NCBI RefSeq assembly: GCF_006345805.1
Contig: NC_043007.1
Span: 35,402,001 to 35,466,000, forward strand
From: Octopus sinensis
Lineage: Eukaryota
DNA: 64,000 nt
Direction: 5' to 3'
Positions within the stretch are counted from its first letter, which is position 1, and every line of letters starts with the position of its first letter. Position numbers and translations under genes: made by a program. A model generated the notes under the pieces. It had not been told where the DNA came from. It saw nothing but the letters and a program-made list of their open reading frames with translations, and did not search any database. Below, one piece after another: positions 63,793 to 64,000 of this stretch.

Positions 63793-64000
63793 AAAATAGA
63801 ATTTTTGCGGCTGCCTCAATGGGGTGAATCATAAACCGGATAAAATTCCAGTCTGCCTCACATATAATTCAGTGGACGAAACGAAGCCTTATGCTACGAA
63901 AGGAAGGGAATGTAATTAACCTGTCATGTCCACTTCCTCCACTGCAACTTCTCGTGGCTTTTAACAGCGACAGAGACATAGCAGCAATAGTTTTGAACAG

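Overview
Repeat-saturated eukaryotic DNA, most likely from an octopus or related cephalopod (inferred from the tRNA-derived SINE families and the dense simple repeats). No intact host gene is evident, and most ORF-track entries are microsatellite translations. There is one 100-N scaffold gap. The window holds decayed Penelope-like elements, R4/Dong (RLE) and CR1/L2 LINEs, two Tx1-clade LINE families, three SINE families, Helitrons, mariner, maT/DD37D, Merlin, MULE and hAT remnants, and a solo LTR. The most notable signals are: (1) a Tx1 family whose junctions all lie in (GATA)n, next to a paralogous family whose junctions lie in (GA)n; (2) a SINE whose last ~45-55 nt match those Tx1 3' ends, suggesting a SINE-Tx1 partnership; (3) several hammerhead-ribozyme folds with palindromic stem III, two families with a non-canonical CCGANGA core, mostly in fold-back elements within (TA)n and abutting Penelope copies; (4) locally templated insertions and minisatellites arising inside Dong elements. 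All alignments and folds were done by eye, and boundaries of degenerate elements are approximate.
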